NCBI RefSeq assembly: GCF_964204645.1
Contig: NC_134025.1
Span: 3,782,001-3,846,000 of the forward strand
Direction: 5' to 3'
DNA: 64,000 nt
DNA from: Tubulanus polymorphus
Taxonomy: Eukaryota; Animalia; Nemertea
The notes under the pieces were generated by a model. That model ran no database searches. It was not told the DNA's origin and worked only from the letters and a program-made list of their open reading frames with translations. Shown here piece by piece: positions 35,512-50,000 of the stretch; positions within the stretch are counted from its first letter, which is position 1, and each line of letters starts with the position of its first letter. Both the position numbers and the translations under genes were made by a program.

Positions 35512-38010
35512 ATCACTTTCAGTGTATTGATAACCATAGACGTAGTCAGCATGTCTCTTGTCTAGTTCGCAAAATATCTACGTTGGTTCGATTTCATCAT
35601 CGGTAAAACAATTTATAACACCAGACGCGTTCATTGGTAAGTTTACGCACGTTTATAATTGGTGATATGTACGTCCCTCTCCTCCAAATTGACCATCCGT
35701 TCACAGCGAGCATAGCCACCTCGAGACCAGAGAACTCCCCCGCCACACCATTTAACGCCGTGCTTATTAGTTTAACTGCTCTTTCTAGCGACCGAACCAC
35801 TCTAATCTTCTGTCTTGCCTTATTATGCCAGACGCAAAATAACCGTTATTTTGAATTCGTTTGTACGTACGCGATTGTTGGGTTCAGCACCCATACAAAT
35901 ATTTAGGATCTATTTGAAAGTATTTCACAGATCTTAGGTTTCACCAGTGTATGGTGTCCTAAGATACATATAATTGCATGCATTTATGTAGTCCGCCACC
36001 AGTTCAATGTACCGTAATTTGATAACGCAATTTATTGACTAATTATTAGATTGCTTTAATTTAATTGCATTAATATTCACGGCGGATTGTCTTCGGTTCG
36101 TTATCCTATCCACGAAATGTAATCAGATTTACCCAATCTCGTGCAGTCAAAGAGAACTACAATCAAGGGTCGAATCCAGATTTTCATCTGATCGTCCAAA
36201 AAAAGATGTCTTTGGAATAGAAATTTTACAATACTGGCGATTTTTTCGTCGTGGCGCTGTTTCTATATCTTGATCGCTGATATCCGTAAACTTCTTGTAA
36301 TTCAAATTATGTGACTGAATCGGTTTTGCAAAGCTAACCCCTCGAACGTAGCGAAACACAAATCTATTGACTTGAACGAATATAGACGCTGTTCCGTGAA
36401 ATGAAGTCAAAAATACGATGATGATACACTTTATCTTCACTTTGCCGGGATATGGTTATTTTCCGTGACTGTCCGCATCAAATTAATCGGTCGGAAACAT
36501 ATGCATCATGTAAATGTCCCGAAACATCCCTTTCAAAACAGGAAATATTTTATCGTATATTCGACGATGACACATCGCCTTTAGAAAATCCTGTACATGA
36601 TTCTTTATGTTTTTCGTTGATCAGTTATATCGTTAGATATGTCACCGTCTAATCGAAATTGATTCTTTTCGCTCGTTACGATTGATGACAGGTGGCGCTG
36701 CTCTAAATGCATTTCGGAAGCAAATATGGCGTCTGTGCGGGACATGCGTGCTAAACTACTTCCGTGTATTCTTAGAACTAATGATATTTGTGTTTCCTCG
36801 GTACAGGCTTACTTTCCTCGTGTCCTCAGCGACTTGATTGAACACCCGACTTCCCATAGCACGTCCCGGACACATCAGCGCCTAGGAGTAACTCCGCGGG
36901 TACTATTTCATTGCACCGAAACGTATTAATACCAAATGGAAACTGTACCTATTCAAGGCGATAAATCAACTTCATAAACAAATTTTATGTTGGCAGTGAC
37001 AGGCAACTTATAAATCTATTACTTTATCGCATTTGGCCCGTAACTCGTAAAATATTAATCGCATGGCGTTGCAGTTGTGTGTAAGGCTGGCGCAGTTCAG
37101 GTCATTCATCACTGCCCAGAATCTATTGAGTGCTAGGATTAAGTGTCGAGTTGCAGGGGTTTAATGCCTTGATCAGACTTTGAATGATGGTGAATTTTAT
37201 TGGTTCCAATATTAGATAATAAAACCTGCGCGGAAATGAAAATTGTGTCTGTCGGGTGCACGGTTGCGATAACACATCACAGTCGTGTATCAAGACAATA
37301 AAATAGTCATTTTGCGTCTGATTCCGAGAGGTGACATCCTTTGTTTGCCTGTTGTGAGATCCTTAAATTTCATTTTTTCTTCTATCGATATCCTTTATTT
37401 ATTACACAAAGTCCGTGTAGATAATTCACTTCAAAAAATTGTGTCACAATTAGAGAAAAAGCCTGACGAATCGTAGCACCCCGCTTTGAATACAGGCGCC
37501 TCATCGGAAATGGGAATTTAGTGGAAAAAATTAAAATACAGTGCCAAGTGACTCTTCTGCTGCATTAGACGATTGTGAAGTGATGAGAATAAAGAATGGT
37601 TTTCATAAAACAGATGCAAAATCTTTGTATCATAAGTTAATCCTTACGATAACAGGACGTCAATTGGGTGAAAGTAAACAGATTTTCATCGCTGGTTTTC
37701 ACGCTGGCACGTGTGAACCACGAGGCGTCGACGGCCGCGTACGATGACAATTTCTTCGACGAATACGATGACAAAGCGACGGCGATAACGGCTGATTTCA
37801 GTAGCGGCTCGAGAAAAAATAATAGCTTGTCCATAAAATTTGCCGTTGCAGACACGCGTCTCGGACGAGTGTCGCAGAAAAAATTGGACGGATAATCAGC
37901 CGCGTGAGCGTATTTCCCAGCGCTTGGTAACGTTTGTTTACTATCGAAAGAATGAATCGTTTTTAGGCGTCCTGAAAAACTGCGAAACCGTCAAATAAAT
38001 AAAGATTAAT

Positions 38011-38090
38011 AATCCACGGTCAGTAACAAAGGGTTCTAAATTGACTTCCTAAAATCGACGGTCAGCAACAAAGGATTTTGAAATAGACTC
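38011..38090. repeat. Diverged tandem duplication, ~42-nt period
   Basis: aatccacggtcagtaacaaagggttctaaattgact is followed by aatcgacggtcagcaacaaaggattttgaaatagact. Confidence 0.75.
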
Positions 38091-41000
38091 AGTATGCCGT
38101 AATACAAACTTCAAGTTAGTTCCGATGTTGAAAGCAAAAATCCCAACTTTTTGCTTTTGAGTATCTTCCTTCTTTTCACCAGAAAAACAATCCTTTTAAG
38201 AGTCACTTGTTTTAGTAATTACATGTTGTAATGTACATGGCTTTATACTTGACAGTGAAAATCGGATATATATCGTGTCATATCGTTACACTGTTAATGT
38301 GCTCAAAGACAACTCGAATACTGTATTTTATATGTATGTACATATAAAGAAAATGTAGAAAATCTCAATCGCCTTGGCGTTAATGGTTGGGCTACTTGAC
38401 CGAACCCTTCGGATGTTGTGTTCACGCTAAGTGGGCAAACTCATTTCCTATGTTTTCACATAATGCTGTCATTTCTACAGTTTCATATTGACACAATCTT
38501 ATTACCAAAACGCGGAAAGACACAGACACACGAAAACTGTAACTTAAGTTTACTTGCCATTTCCGCCGGGGATGACGCGTCAAAATAATAACCGTGCTCG
38601 GCGGTGTGCGCTACGGAAACACCGTTCTTAACGCGCGCACGGGTTCGTTAATACGAATCGCGTACAAAGGATCCGAATCTTTTGACCATTATGCAAACGA
38701 AGGCGTAATATCCCAAGACAAATACGCAGAATATAAGAAGAAACTCTGGAAATGGAATTTCCACATTCGCGGTCTAATTGTATCAATTAACCAAAACACC
38801 GTTAGTTTCGTCGCGGATAGAACCGCGGTTTCAACACGCGCAAAACATTTGGGATATCCTGAAAGTGAACCTAATGCCACGAATTAACATAAACTCTAAC
38901 TTTTCGATAATTTTGTTTGGCAAACTTGAGGAAGTCCCCACAGACGAATTAGCTTAAAACGCGATTAACACCGTGTTAAACTCGGAAGGTTCGTTTGATT
39001 AATTCGCGGTAAAATTCGATCAATTTGAATAAAATTTGCATCTGAATTAATCAGTATTGACCACGGGTTCTCTTACAGGAAGTAGTAGCCTTTACTAGTT
39101 CCGCGGTGGTTTCACAAATTGTTATTTTCAGTACGATTCAATGAATGCAATTTTTAGTAACATTTGTTCTAGCACGGATAATTTTGAGTAGCGTGTAACA
39201 ATTCAACAACGTCTGGGTACATTTATGGAAAATAGCTCCGGATATCGCAGATGTGGGTGTACCCCTGATTTGATTGAAAAAACGGTTATCGAAACGTGCT
39301 ACAAAAATGTTTAAAAGTCTGGTCAGTGCAGCGTGGTTCGACGTAAAAATAAGTATATATAAGTTTATAAGTATATATATAAGCATAACTCGTTTAATTG
39401 AATGGCTTGTGACCAGTTGTACCGAGATAAAGTAGATTCGTCGTGAGAAAGTTTTAGTGATATCCACTTAGCTAAATTGTATCAATAAGAGCACAACACG
39501 TTTATGCGCCAGAATAAAGATGTTTCCTGACCCAGCCAGTCCACTGAGGCATGCTGATGATAAATTAACGCCATGATCTAATGATACTACGATATTTCGC
39601 CGGCAAATAATTCACTAGTACACGCAGGGAGAGAGAGGGAGAGAGCGAGAAAATATGAGCGATCTAACGCTGGGTTCATTCGACACTATGCTAGATATAT
39701 TGTTGCCAATTGGTCACGAAGAAAAGTAAACATTGAATTAAAGATTTCATTAAAACTCGTCAAATTCTTTTTCAGTTGTAAGGGTCGATATTCTGAAGTT
39801 GTATATATTCTAGCACAAAATCTCTGTTATCATCGTATTTGTCCTATAAGCCGAACTATTCGCGATTCCCGAGGGAAAAAAAATTTGAAATTCAAATACT
39901 CGAATCAACGATCTTCGACAGATCGAATTGCGGATGAAAATGATACGGTAGTTGGAAAAAAAACTTTCCGCCAGATTTTGAAACTGAGTCTTGGAATTGA
40001 TCAAACAGTGCCGAACTGTCAGCGAGGCGACGATTCTGCCAGCGACTGTCTGGAGTTATTCGATCCAAACTTTACGACCCATTTCTCCGAGCAGGTAGGA
40101 CCAATAATTGTGGAATATTTGCATGCGTAATTGTCACAAATACACCTCCCAAATCGGAAATCCCAACCAGCTGATGAATAATGCATCAGCATTGCAATCA
40201 AAAGTGCGTTTGTGGTTTTGTTTTGTATGACCGGCGGCGAAAATGTAGTTAATACGCTCACAGATAATGAGGCTTGTTAATTGGCCGGTGTTTGCGGCAA
40301 GAAAAACAACAAAACACTTCAGTTACCCCGGCGAAATGATCGGATACATTCCGTCGAATCTAGTCGTGTAGGTGTAATGACGAACTAAGGAACTTCTTTC
40401 ATTCATCTGCGTTTCCTTGCAGTATCTGCGATGAAAAAATATAGATATAAACCTCAATGCCATAGAATTGATTCGACAATGATTTTTACAACTATTATCC
40501 ATATTTACATATTCTCCATCAAGATGTAGCTAGGGGTGGGAAAGGCCATTTTTGGAATGCCTTGGTTTTTCATCTTGCAGCGAACTTCACCAGTCGGATG
40601 TTCTAACTGTCCCTTCGGTTACATGTAACGCGGTATGTCAAGTGTGCGGAGTTAAGGCTCATCATCGATGACTGTGTGCACAGTTATTAGATGATATCGA
40701 AAGATCCGAACTAAATTGGCAGCTAAATCACAACATATTTTCACACCCAGATCAGGTACTCAAACGACGTGACCAGAATGCAGAGACAAGCGCTTAGTCT
40801 CTAAGGCAAAATACGAACAAAAATATTTCATTGTGCTTCTATTGGATGTGATAAACGCAATTTTGCGCTTTTCGACTTATCATCGATTGCGTGAAGGAAA
40901 TTATAACTGACAATCGTGCACGTATATTTGCGAGTTTAGGAAGTGAGTGCGGTGTCAGGTTCACTTCGCGTTTCATCACTTTATTCACGAGATGTCACGT

Positions 41001-44000
41001 GTGTTTTGCACTTAAGTCACGCATGAAATAAATGACGCTGTAATACGTGTGGTCGAAAGTGGTTAACTGTGCTAACACTTAAATGCTATGAGTCCTTCAG
41101 ACTGGTCCGATGTGAATCCTTCAATTTTGTCCCTAGACAGGAAGAGATAAACTGAACAGAGGAAAATCTTCACAATTGCAAAATAACATCTCATACTCTT
41201 TCAGTTGGGATCTAATAAGGAGGTCATTTTGGATTTAGGCCTTGACATGATGAAAGCAGCAACAAATTGAAGTGTCTTACGACCAGAGAGTACCGCAGAA
41301 ATTTTATTTACTTTTTTCATCCGAAGCAAAAATGTAGATTATCCGTGTTCGCGATATAATTGCATTTTTCTTTGGTTGGCGAATGTTCAAACAAACGCAC
41401 CACGTGGACCGCATGACTGATGTGCATTCTTAATCACGGTCTACACCCCAATGATCTAAGGAAAGTGCCTTGAGGATTCTATCAAACAGGCTATAACGAA
41501 AGGCAACTGGAGACGCTACCAACTAATGTATTTAAACTAATTGTTGGATTTCTTTATAAAACACTCCGTCGGTACCTCTAATTACCTCTCCGGAGACGCT
41601 TGGCAATTTCCTAAATTCCGTGAATTTTTGAAACGCTTAATTCGTTCTACCTGACTGGCCTAAAACACCAAGCCGACAAGCCTTGATTAGGCGGTATACC
41701 TGCGACAACCTCAACCGTCTCAAAGCAATAAACAATCAAACACCGACTCGAGAAGTTTAACAAGTATGGCGTGGTTTTCAAATATGTACTTTCTCATGGG
41801 AAGATGATTAGAAAATACATAAATTGACAAATATTAAATTTATATGTATAAGATTATATGCCCGTCTCAACTCCTAGCCCATCACCTCGTTGAAAGCGCC
41901 TTGACTGCTTTTTGCACCGTAGTATTGAATCAGCTTTCTATCTTCGGGGGGCAATCGTCGGAAAACTAAGTGTCCTTACTATTCTTCCCTAGAAAATAAT
42001 GTTTTGACAGGCAGCGACAAACTTGACAGCTCTTGTCTCTTCATCCGCCAGTGCGCTCGCCTGATCAGCCCCTCTCAAGTGCTGCTTCACAGGAGATGGC
42101 ATCGAACTCGAGAGGATAGCTTTGTTCCAAGTAAACATTAATTCTTGTAAATTATTTTGCAGTTTTTGCTTTATTTGACGCCGAAGACGACAGCGATGCA
42201 ATCACGATCTTCCGCATTCCATAAACACTACAGTGGTTGAAATTCAAGACTTCATTTCGGTGGAGAGCTTCATTTTTAAATCCGATCCCAGATCAAAAAT
42301 TATGTGCGAGACTCAATTTTATAAAGCTGCACTTATAAGCAGTTTGAATTTGTGTGTATTGGACAGACAAGAGTTTAAGATGACGAGTGTCGTCATCTTG
42401 TTTTCTGACTTTCCTAACCCGTCAAAGAACTGATGCTCCTGATAAAGATGTGTCATATAATCTATCAATTAATCAGTGGATCGATCAGACCCGTCAATCA
42501 TCTAATAAATGAGGCAGCATTGCTTGAAATTCACGTACGTCGGTTAGTCAAGTGAAAATACTGAAGATGACATGTATGTCAGATCTGCGCGCTAGATGGT
42601 TTCGTATCTGCGACGTCTTGAAACGCGTCATTTCGAAGATCGAAATTAAAAGTTAATAGGACGCTTATAGCTGTCGTTCTCCAAGTCGGGAACAGCTGCC
42701 GAATAGCGATTTTAATCAATCTAAATTACAGGATTTGGTGGTGAATTTTCCTCTTCGTCTGATTTCTGGCTAAATTATCGAAATAGGAAGTGTCCTATCC
42801 TATCAGATTTGCGAAAAGTTCCGAGAAAAGAAAAGATGGAAAAATTACTCAGGTTTTTAATCCAATTAGGAGACCTGTGGGTGAGATCTAAAATTTATGT
42901 CGTCTCGGTATTCTTTAGAACAATCGAATAATCACGATTTTGGTTTTCACGGTAAATGCGACCTTGTTTGATGATAATCAAAGAAAAGTTCGTTGGCGTT
43001 CGTGCAAATTTCATTTCACTCACGCGTGCTGTATTATGCTTCATTTTATGGTTCAATTTGTTTTGGCTTAGCCGCAGAATTGAAGATGCACGACGTATCT
43101 TGTTCCTATAAAACGTTTTGATTGGAATATGGGCTTCATCTGTGTCTGTCGAGTGATAAATACAACAGCTTGCCAGTTAGCGAAATAAAGTTATCTACTC
43201 TGTCCTCGGGGTGGATATGATGTGCCTTCGGGGTATTGTGGAGATGCCATAAATTTTCTGCCAATTCCTCGCGATCGAGAGAGCTGTCTCGAGGCAGAAG
43301 GGACAGCGGTTGACTGCGATAAGAGGGAGGTTTCCCTTAGAGGACCCTGTGAGGATGTTTGCAAGATAGTACGGCAGATTACGCTCATCGTTGCAAAAAA
43401 TGGCCATAAACCTGATTAGAAAAAAGAGCTGAAAAATCGCTCACTAGGTTTCATTCAAATCCCGTTTGCCATGTAAGCTGATGGTCAATAAACGTCAGTT
43501 GATTTGAGCATCGGGGAGAAGGTATGGTTTGTAACGGCTGTTGAATACTTTGGTCCTGATGCGTCCATCGAAAGTTGCATTATGGAATTGATACTTGTAT
43601 TGGAATCTGGTGCAGCCACCAGCGACATATTGATAAATCATGCGCAACGTTCAATTATATCTCACAAATACGATTACACTTGTATGCGATAATTTCCTTA
43701 TCAAACGAGATAAGTTGAATGACACATATTTGGTGAAACGCTTTCGCGTCGCAGGCTCAGTGGTCAGTGATTGTAGATTTCGCTGATATCATTATTGCTA
43801 TATGTTACTGTTTCGAATATCATAATCAAATTTTACAGCGTTAATAATCAGATTTATCCAATATATAATCCCAACGGCTCCGTAGCAGTCTTGTAGGGAT
43901 AAGCGACAGTTGATGCTTCGGGTCGGTTGTAGCGTTAAGTGTAAAGCTAAATAACTCATGGCTGTAATCCCTGGCTTCGTGAGCCAGCGATAATAGGCTA

Positions 44001-47000
44001 GTTAATAATTCAAAACTTAAATAAGACTCATCGAAGACGTATCGTAACACGCGCCTGATACGAACAGGCATGCCGAATGTAAAAGTCCTATCGATAATGT
44101 AGGCGACTCTAAGGTCAAATCGAAAGCTCATTTGCGGTCCGGAATGTCATCGAGGCATTCACGGTTTTTTTTGTTTTGTTTTTGAAGAACGCAGACGTTA
44201 GTCAGCCTGAAGCACACACCGAATTGAATCGCTCGTATGCCTTGCAGCGCTTAGCCGAGTGGAAACTATTTCCGCAAAGAACCCTCAGAGAAAAAAGGCT
44301 ATGTCGAACGCACAATAGTAATTATGTGCCCTTGTCATTTATAGAAACTGTAAAACGTGTTTACGTGTTCGCGTTTTATACAGGCATTATGTGGAACCAG
44401 TAGCCAGGAACAGAGGGCGACGATTTTGCCTTAGAAGTATTTGAACGGCCTCTCTCTGGACAAACAACGCGCGGGAAACGTCGAAATGCGCTAAATTACC
44501 CGTTCTGGGTAAACAAAAGAGCATCTCTGAATCATCAATCGGTGGATACATGCTAGTTTGGAATGTGATTCACTTCAAGTGGACAGGTTGCGGGCGTTCA
44601 TATTGGATTTTTCGAGCACTAATCAGACTGTTCTTACTAGACAGGGATGGCCATTAAGGCAATCAAGAATTCCACTTAGCTCAGGTTACGGTTCCATCTT
44701 CCCCCAAAGCCAATGTTTTACGGGTCATGGAATGTTGGCTTTGCTATCGAGAATATGTCACAACTATTTTGCGCAAGTCAACTGCTAGAAGAAGGCATCG
44801 AGGAAACGGGAGTCCTACTAGAGAAATTGGTTTTCCTCCAGTATCGAACTGTGCGAAATGTCTCGTGCAACAAGGTTTCTTTTTGTAACAATTGATCTGC
44901 AGATACGGGTAGACTGATAGGCGACAGACACCTGCACGAAGCATTACGATTACATTTCGTTAACGCTTTTCCAAATTATAAATGATTGCTGATGTTGAGC
45001 GATACAGGATCAGTACACGTTAGCGACGACATGCAAAAATGGTGACCCAAGATGGCCAGGCGATGGGATTGGACGACTGCGCATTTTCAGAAGCGACCAG
45101 CGCAGAGATATGTATCAATTTCGTCGACAATCCGTATCGACTGCAATATGACCTGGCTTTTCGTCTTGATCTCCGCGTATTATCTGGCTACATGGCAAGC
45201 GTTTTTGTTCTTATACCAAATCGATCAGAGCCTCGCGCGATGCACTGAACATATGTGGCGAGACCGTGAGGTTCATTCCAAGTCCGGCTCACGTCCACTT
45301 GGCTGTCGGCCATCATCATGCGCCATACAATATGATGGCAGCCGCTACTGAGGCATCGAATCCCTTATTACAGCTCAGTATTATTTCCACCGGTTGTAAC
45401 CTTTACTTCTCAGAAATTTGTTGAATAACACGTTTCATCATCATACATCTGCAAAATTTCCTGAGGTCATTTAAAGAGCAGCAACAATATCCTGAGATTT
45501 CTTACGAAGCAGTTATTAAAGAAATTGGAGCAGCCTTATTAGACCATCATCGAGTGTATTTTTATACTCGGAAATTGAAAGTGACGTCGGTGAAGGAACG
45601 TAATATTGGTCCACATGACGATAATTAAGGGACGGCTCTTTCTAATAGACAACAACTAAAGGGATGTCCAGCTCTCTAATGTTCGGGAATCTATCACTAA
45701 TTAGGTTCCGTATGCGAACCATGCTCCACTGGTCAATATAATCAGCCTAATTAACAAACTTGGACATCCCTTGGTGGCGAGGCGAGCATGCTACTTTTAC
45801 AAAACACAAATTTGCCAATCCTTTTGCTTGCATTAAAGTACCGGCCGGTCACATTGTACCAACAACGCCGCAAAATCCCAGAGCACGAAAGACTGATATA
45901 AGAGACGATTACCTTTTGCCGCGTAAAAGGTACAGAGGTTTATCTTCGTACAACCTGGTCGAAGAAATGTCCAAGTTGAACGTTCTCGTGGGAAATCACG
46001 AGACCCCTGTAGTAATCTTGTATCTCGGTACAAAAGCCGACCGACTATTTGTATCCGCAATAGCTCGATCACGACCGGATTGACAGAAACACTGAAAACA
46101 TATTAAAACAAATTATGTTTCCCCGTCCGGGGTGTTAGCGTTCTGCCATACCCTATTTATCATATCGCACTTGCTTTATTAAATCTCGGGGTTCTACATC
46201 GTGCAGTGATAGTACTAATTGTATTTTGGTAAATTAAGTAGATGGGGCTTCTTCGTTTCGATGAGATTATCCACGTTGAGGTCAGTAAGCGTGTAAGCTA
46301 TGACGCGAGGCTGAACGAACGTGTTGCCGCGTTTTAGATTTAAAACATAAACGAGAGCGAAATACAAAAGCGACATTTGTACATCAAAAAAAAAAAACAC
46401 TTATCCATTTTTATAATCAAATGAGTTATCGACGAATTTATTCGACCTGGACTGATTCATGAAAAATAAAAACTGATCACTTGAAACTCAATTTTGGAAA
46501 TCGACATGACTGCTCGATGTTACAATACAGATGAAGCATAAGGACTCCCTGGTCGATAGGATTTTCATTATCGATATTGTTTCGCTGGAAGAAAGAGAGC
46601 GCTTGAATATATACGATGGGAGGACATTTCAAGAACTTGTAAATCTCTGCATGATGAAATAGGGTGGATCACACGAGTGCGTTAAATGTGGACGAGGCAC
46701 ACCGAGGACCGTCAACAGCACTTGAAACCAGAGAGAAAATGACGCTTAACGTTATTCACTAATACAACTAATACGCTATAGAGTGTTGTAGCCTGCTCGG
46801 ACGAACATTGGTATTTGACAACGTCAGATAATAATCGGTCAAGAGGCTCTCAAACCAAACATATATCACAACACCACATCAGATCGAAGTTTTCCTTTTT
46901 AAAACCATTTGCCATCATTGGCATGTGTATATTCCGAAACATTTACTCCATTAACCAAAAAGCCAATCGAGATTTGATATGAAGTCTTTAGTTGAGAAAA

Positions 47001-50000
47001 GTTGTCATTTCAAGGAAGTTGATCAAGCATATACAACGATAATGTTTGTATTTTGTCATGTCTAAGCTTTGAATAGTTTCCGGCGACTACAAAATGGCGT
47101 GGGTGAAGTGTAAGTAGTGGCCTGCCACTTCAATGGCGCACTTGCAGCCTTTTTAAAGTACTGAATCTGGATTATTATCGTCTGCATTTTTTTCTGGATT
47201 TGCATTAAATTGATGTTTAAATCGCTGTGGCGCGTTGTGGATGAATTTTGACGATCGCGCCGATGAGTGACGACCTCTGGCCCCGGCGTTACGTGCATTT
47301 GCCAAACAGGTCCAATTCAATTCAAAGATTTATTGATCAGCTCTTCTTTTTGCTCGGATCGAAGCCCATGTCACAAACCAATCGCGAGCGAAAATTATCG
47401 GTTGACGCAGATCGGTCGGGACTACCGCCTGACAAATTATTGTTTAATAGAAAGAAAAGCGGTTAAGCCGAGAAATAAATCCCGGAATGATTGGCCCGAT
47501 TCGTCCAACTGCTACTTCTCGATAATTCCAACTGATAAAATTTAATCATTCTTTTTCTGATATGATACGTCGATAATGCTACAAATCATCTCCAGGAAAT
47601 CGTATTAATCGCATTGGCGGATTTCAACACCAGGAAACCACTTGTTTACGTGTTTCGTTAATTTGTTTTATTGATGATTCTACTTGTATCAATAGTATTG
47701 CACTGTAACAGTCTTTATCAATTATATATTTGCACTAAGCAACCACCGAAACAAAATAGAAAAAGAAAATCATATTCTTTTCTCTTCTCCTTTGGCGCTC
47801 TATCATTCTAGCGCTCTCGTTTGAATTGGATATATCAGATATTTGAGATCTCAAAATAGGGATTGTCCCTTTATCTATTTGATTGGTAGATTTAATTTGA
47901 ATTGATTTGGTAACACCAGTCACACCGGCCGAGAATGAAACCGGGAGTTTGATCATGAAATCAGAAAGTGCAGATACGTAGAGTCGAATGATCGGACGAA
48001 TTTACAGAATTTTTGTTTGAATCGGAGAACATAATTCGATTAAACGTTAGGCCTACGCATGGCACGAATCAGCCACTATACATTACGAAGGTGAACTTTG
48101 AAATAGAGCATTTCATTTTCATTTCGTACTAAGAAGACATTCAACAGTCGTGGAAAGAAACAATAGATGCCTCCACGCATGGGTGCGCGCTGTGAGGAAC
48201 GTGCAAACAGCTGTAGACATTGTAGACGAAACGCCTGAATCACGTTTAATGAAATTACAAGATCATTAATCATCTTCAAATGTTTTTATATGTCAAACGA
48301 CGGTATCAAAATGTTCTTATCGACCAAACACGACTGTCCGGGTACTGAACGGGCTTGATTGGTAAATTGTATTACGACGACGCTTGATATACCCGCGGTC
48401 CATTAAAAAACATATCAATTATTTGACATCCACGCTCGAAGATAACACACAAGGGTATATCATTAATCATCTATCTGTATACTATGTATCCTGTCTCGGA
48501 TTGATTGGTGCTATTTTTTAAATTGCGTCATTAAAGAATTTCAGACAGACCGTACGCAACACTCAGCGACCTAGAGGGCGTGATCATCTGGAAACACCGA
48601 TCGGAAGGGGGATTGGGTAAAGCTCGACAGTTCCCTGTGAACTAATTTCCAAATGTATCACTGAACTTAAAATCTAAAGCTTTCGATCGTTTATAACGGT
48701 AGAAAACATCACCCGAGTGAGGTTAGTGTGGAAGGATGCGCCTTGGGAATAGTATTCGCACGTGTGCTATTCCCCGGGAATTTGGTTAGCGGTAACGTGC
48801 ATTTGGTTATCTCGCGCTTAAATCGGCTTAATGGCTAAATTGACCAGTGACACTGGCCGTTTCCAAGGGTGTAAATACGAGACACATGCATCGCGTAACG
48901 GCTGACCGACTAACTGCCCGTCCCAGCAGTCCTGGTGTGATTAATGAAACGATTCAGCGTGGATTGTAGCACGCACCGCAGTAAATGATAGGGACCCATC
49001 CTGCTACGAACAATGTTTTCCCCTGATATGACATCCAATACAGCGCCGGAGAAGATTGATGACTGTTTAATTGTACTCGTTAGTCGACCTTCATAATAGC
49101 TTCGCAATACCTTCTATTCGCCGTGTGTCGTTTTCATTGTTTAGGTTCAAATTATAGTTAGAACGTAGTTTTTAAATCTTCGAATGCCGTTGGCTTTTGA
49201 AGAATGATGTGTTTTAGGACGCCGTTGACGGCAGTTCGCTGATATGCTCGGAAGATAAAATGGACAGGTTTAGCCGGAAGTTTGGCGCATGAGAATGACA
49301 CGACCTACAAATAACAGTCGAAACTCGATCTTTGTTAGCGCCGTCGCTGATGACCGCAATGTCGTAAAAGCTTCGTCAAACAGTAGCATCCGTTGATAAA
49401 AACGTCGCGCCCAAAACCAGCCGTCCGTCTGGAGATATCAACGATGTGAATAGCAGGTTTATATAACTATCCGATTTTGGAATTAAAGCGATATAAGTCT
49501 TATTAGAAATAAAGGTAAACGAGGTATGGTCGTGTACAAGAGTTCCGTTGCCAACATAACACGCAACTATTCTAGGATTCCGGTCCATACGTACTTTTTA
49601 TTCGTTTTATGAAACGTCTTTTATGTTGGCCGCCGGCTAAATCATAGGTCAATCATTATTTTCTTGTCAGCTTTATGATGCTTGAGATTTCGCTACAGGG
49701 TTATTTGCCGACAAATGGCAACTCGTCGCTTTAAGACAATCGCACCCGACTCCAGTAAGAAGCAGATGCGGGACTCCCTATCACGTCCCATAACGAAATT
49801 ACCGCTGAGCTGCGGGCGTACCCGGTTGAATAAAATAGATCGAACAATGGCTGGAGACGTTTCAAGTAGTTGGCTAATTTCTGGCTTTTATTTTGCCTTG
49901 AGGAAACGGATCCGGCTAATCATGGTTTGCGGAAGAAACGGTATACGTGAACGATAAAAGTTTCAGCTTCCCCTCTTCCGACGCAAACCCGAATATGGCA

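Noticed and set aside
37668-37895. ORF containing acidic YDDNFFDEYDD
   Set aside because: It has no good splice-site pair or recognisable family, and several overlapping ORFs occur in the same CG-rich block.
42561-42590. CTGAAGA-TGACAT-gt-ATGTC as a second hammerhead
   Set aside because: It has no GAAA box, and no stem I or stem III.
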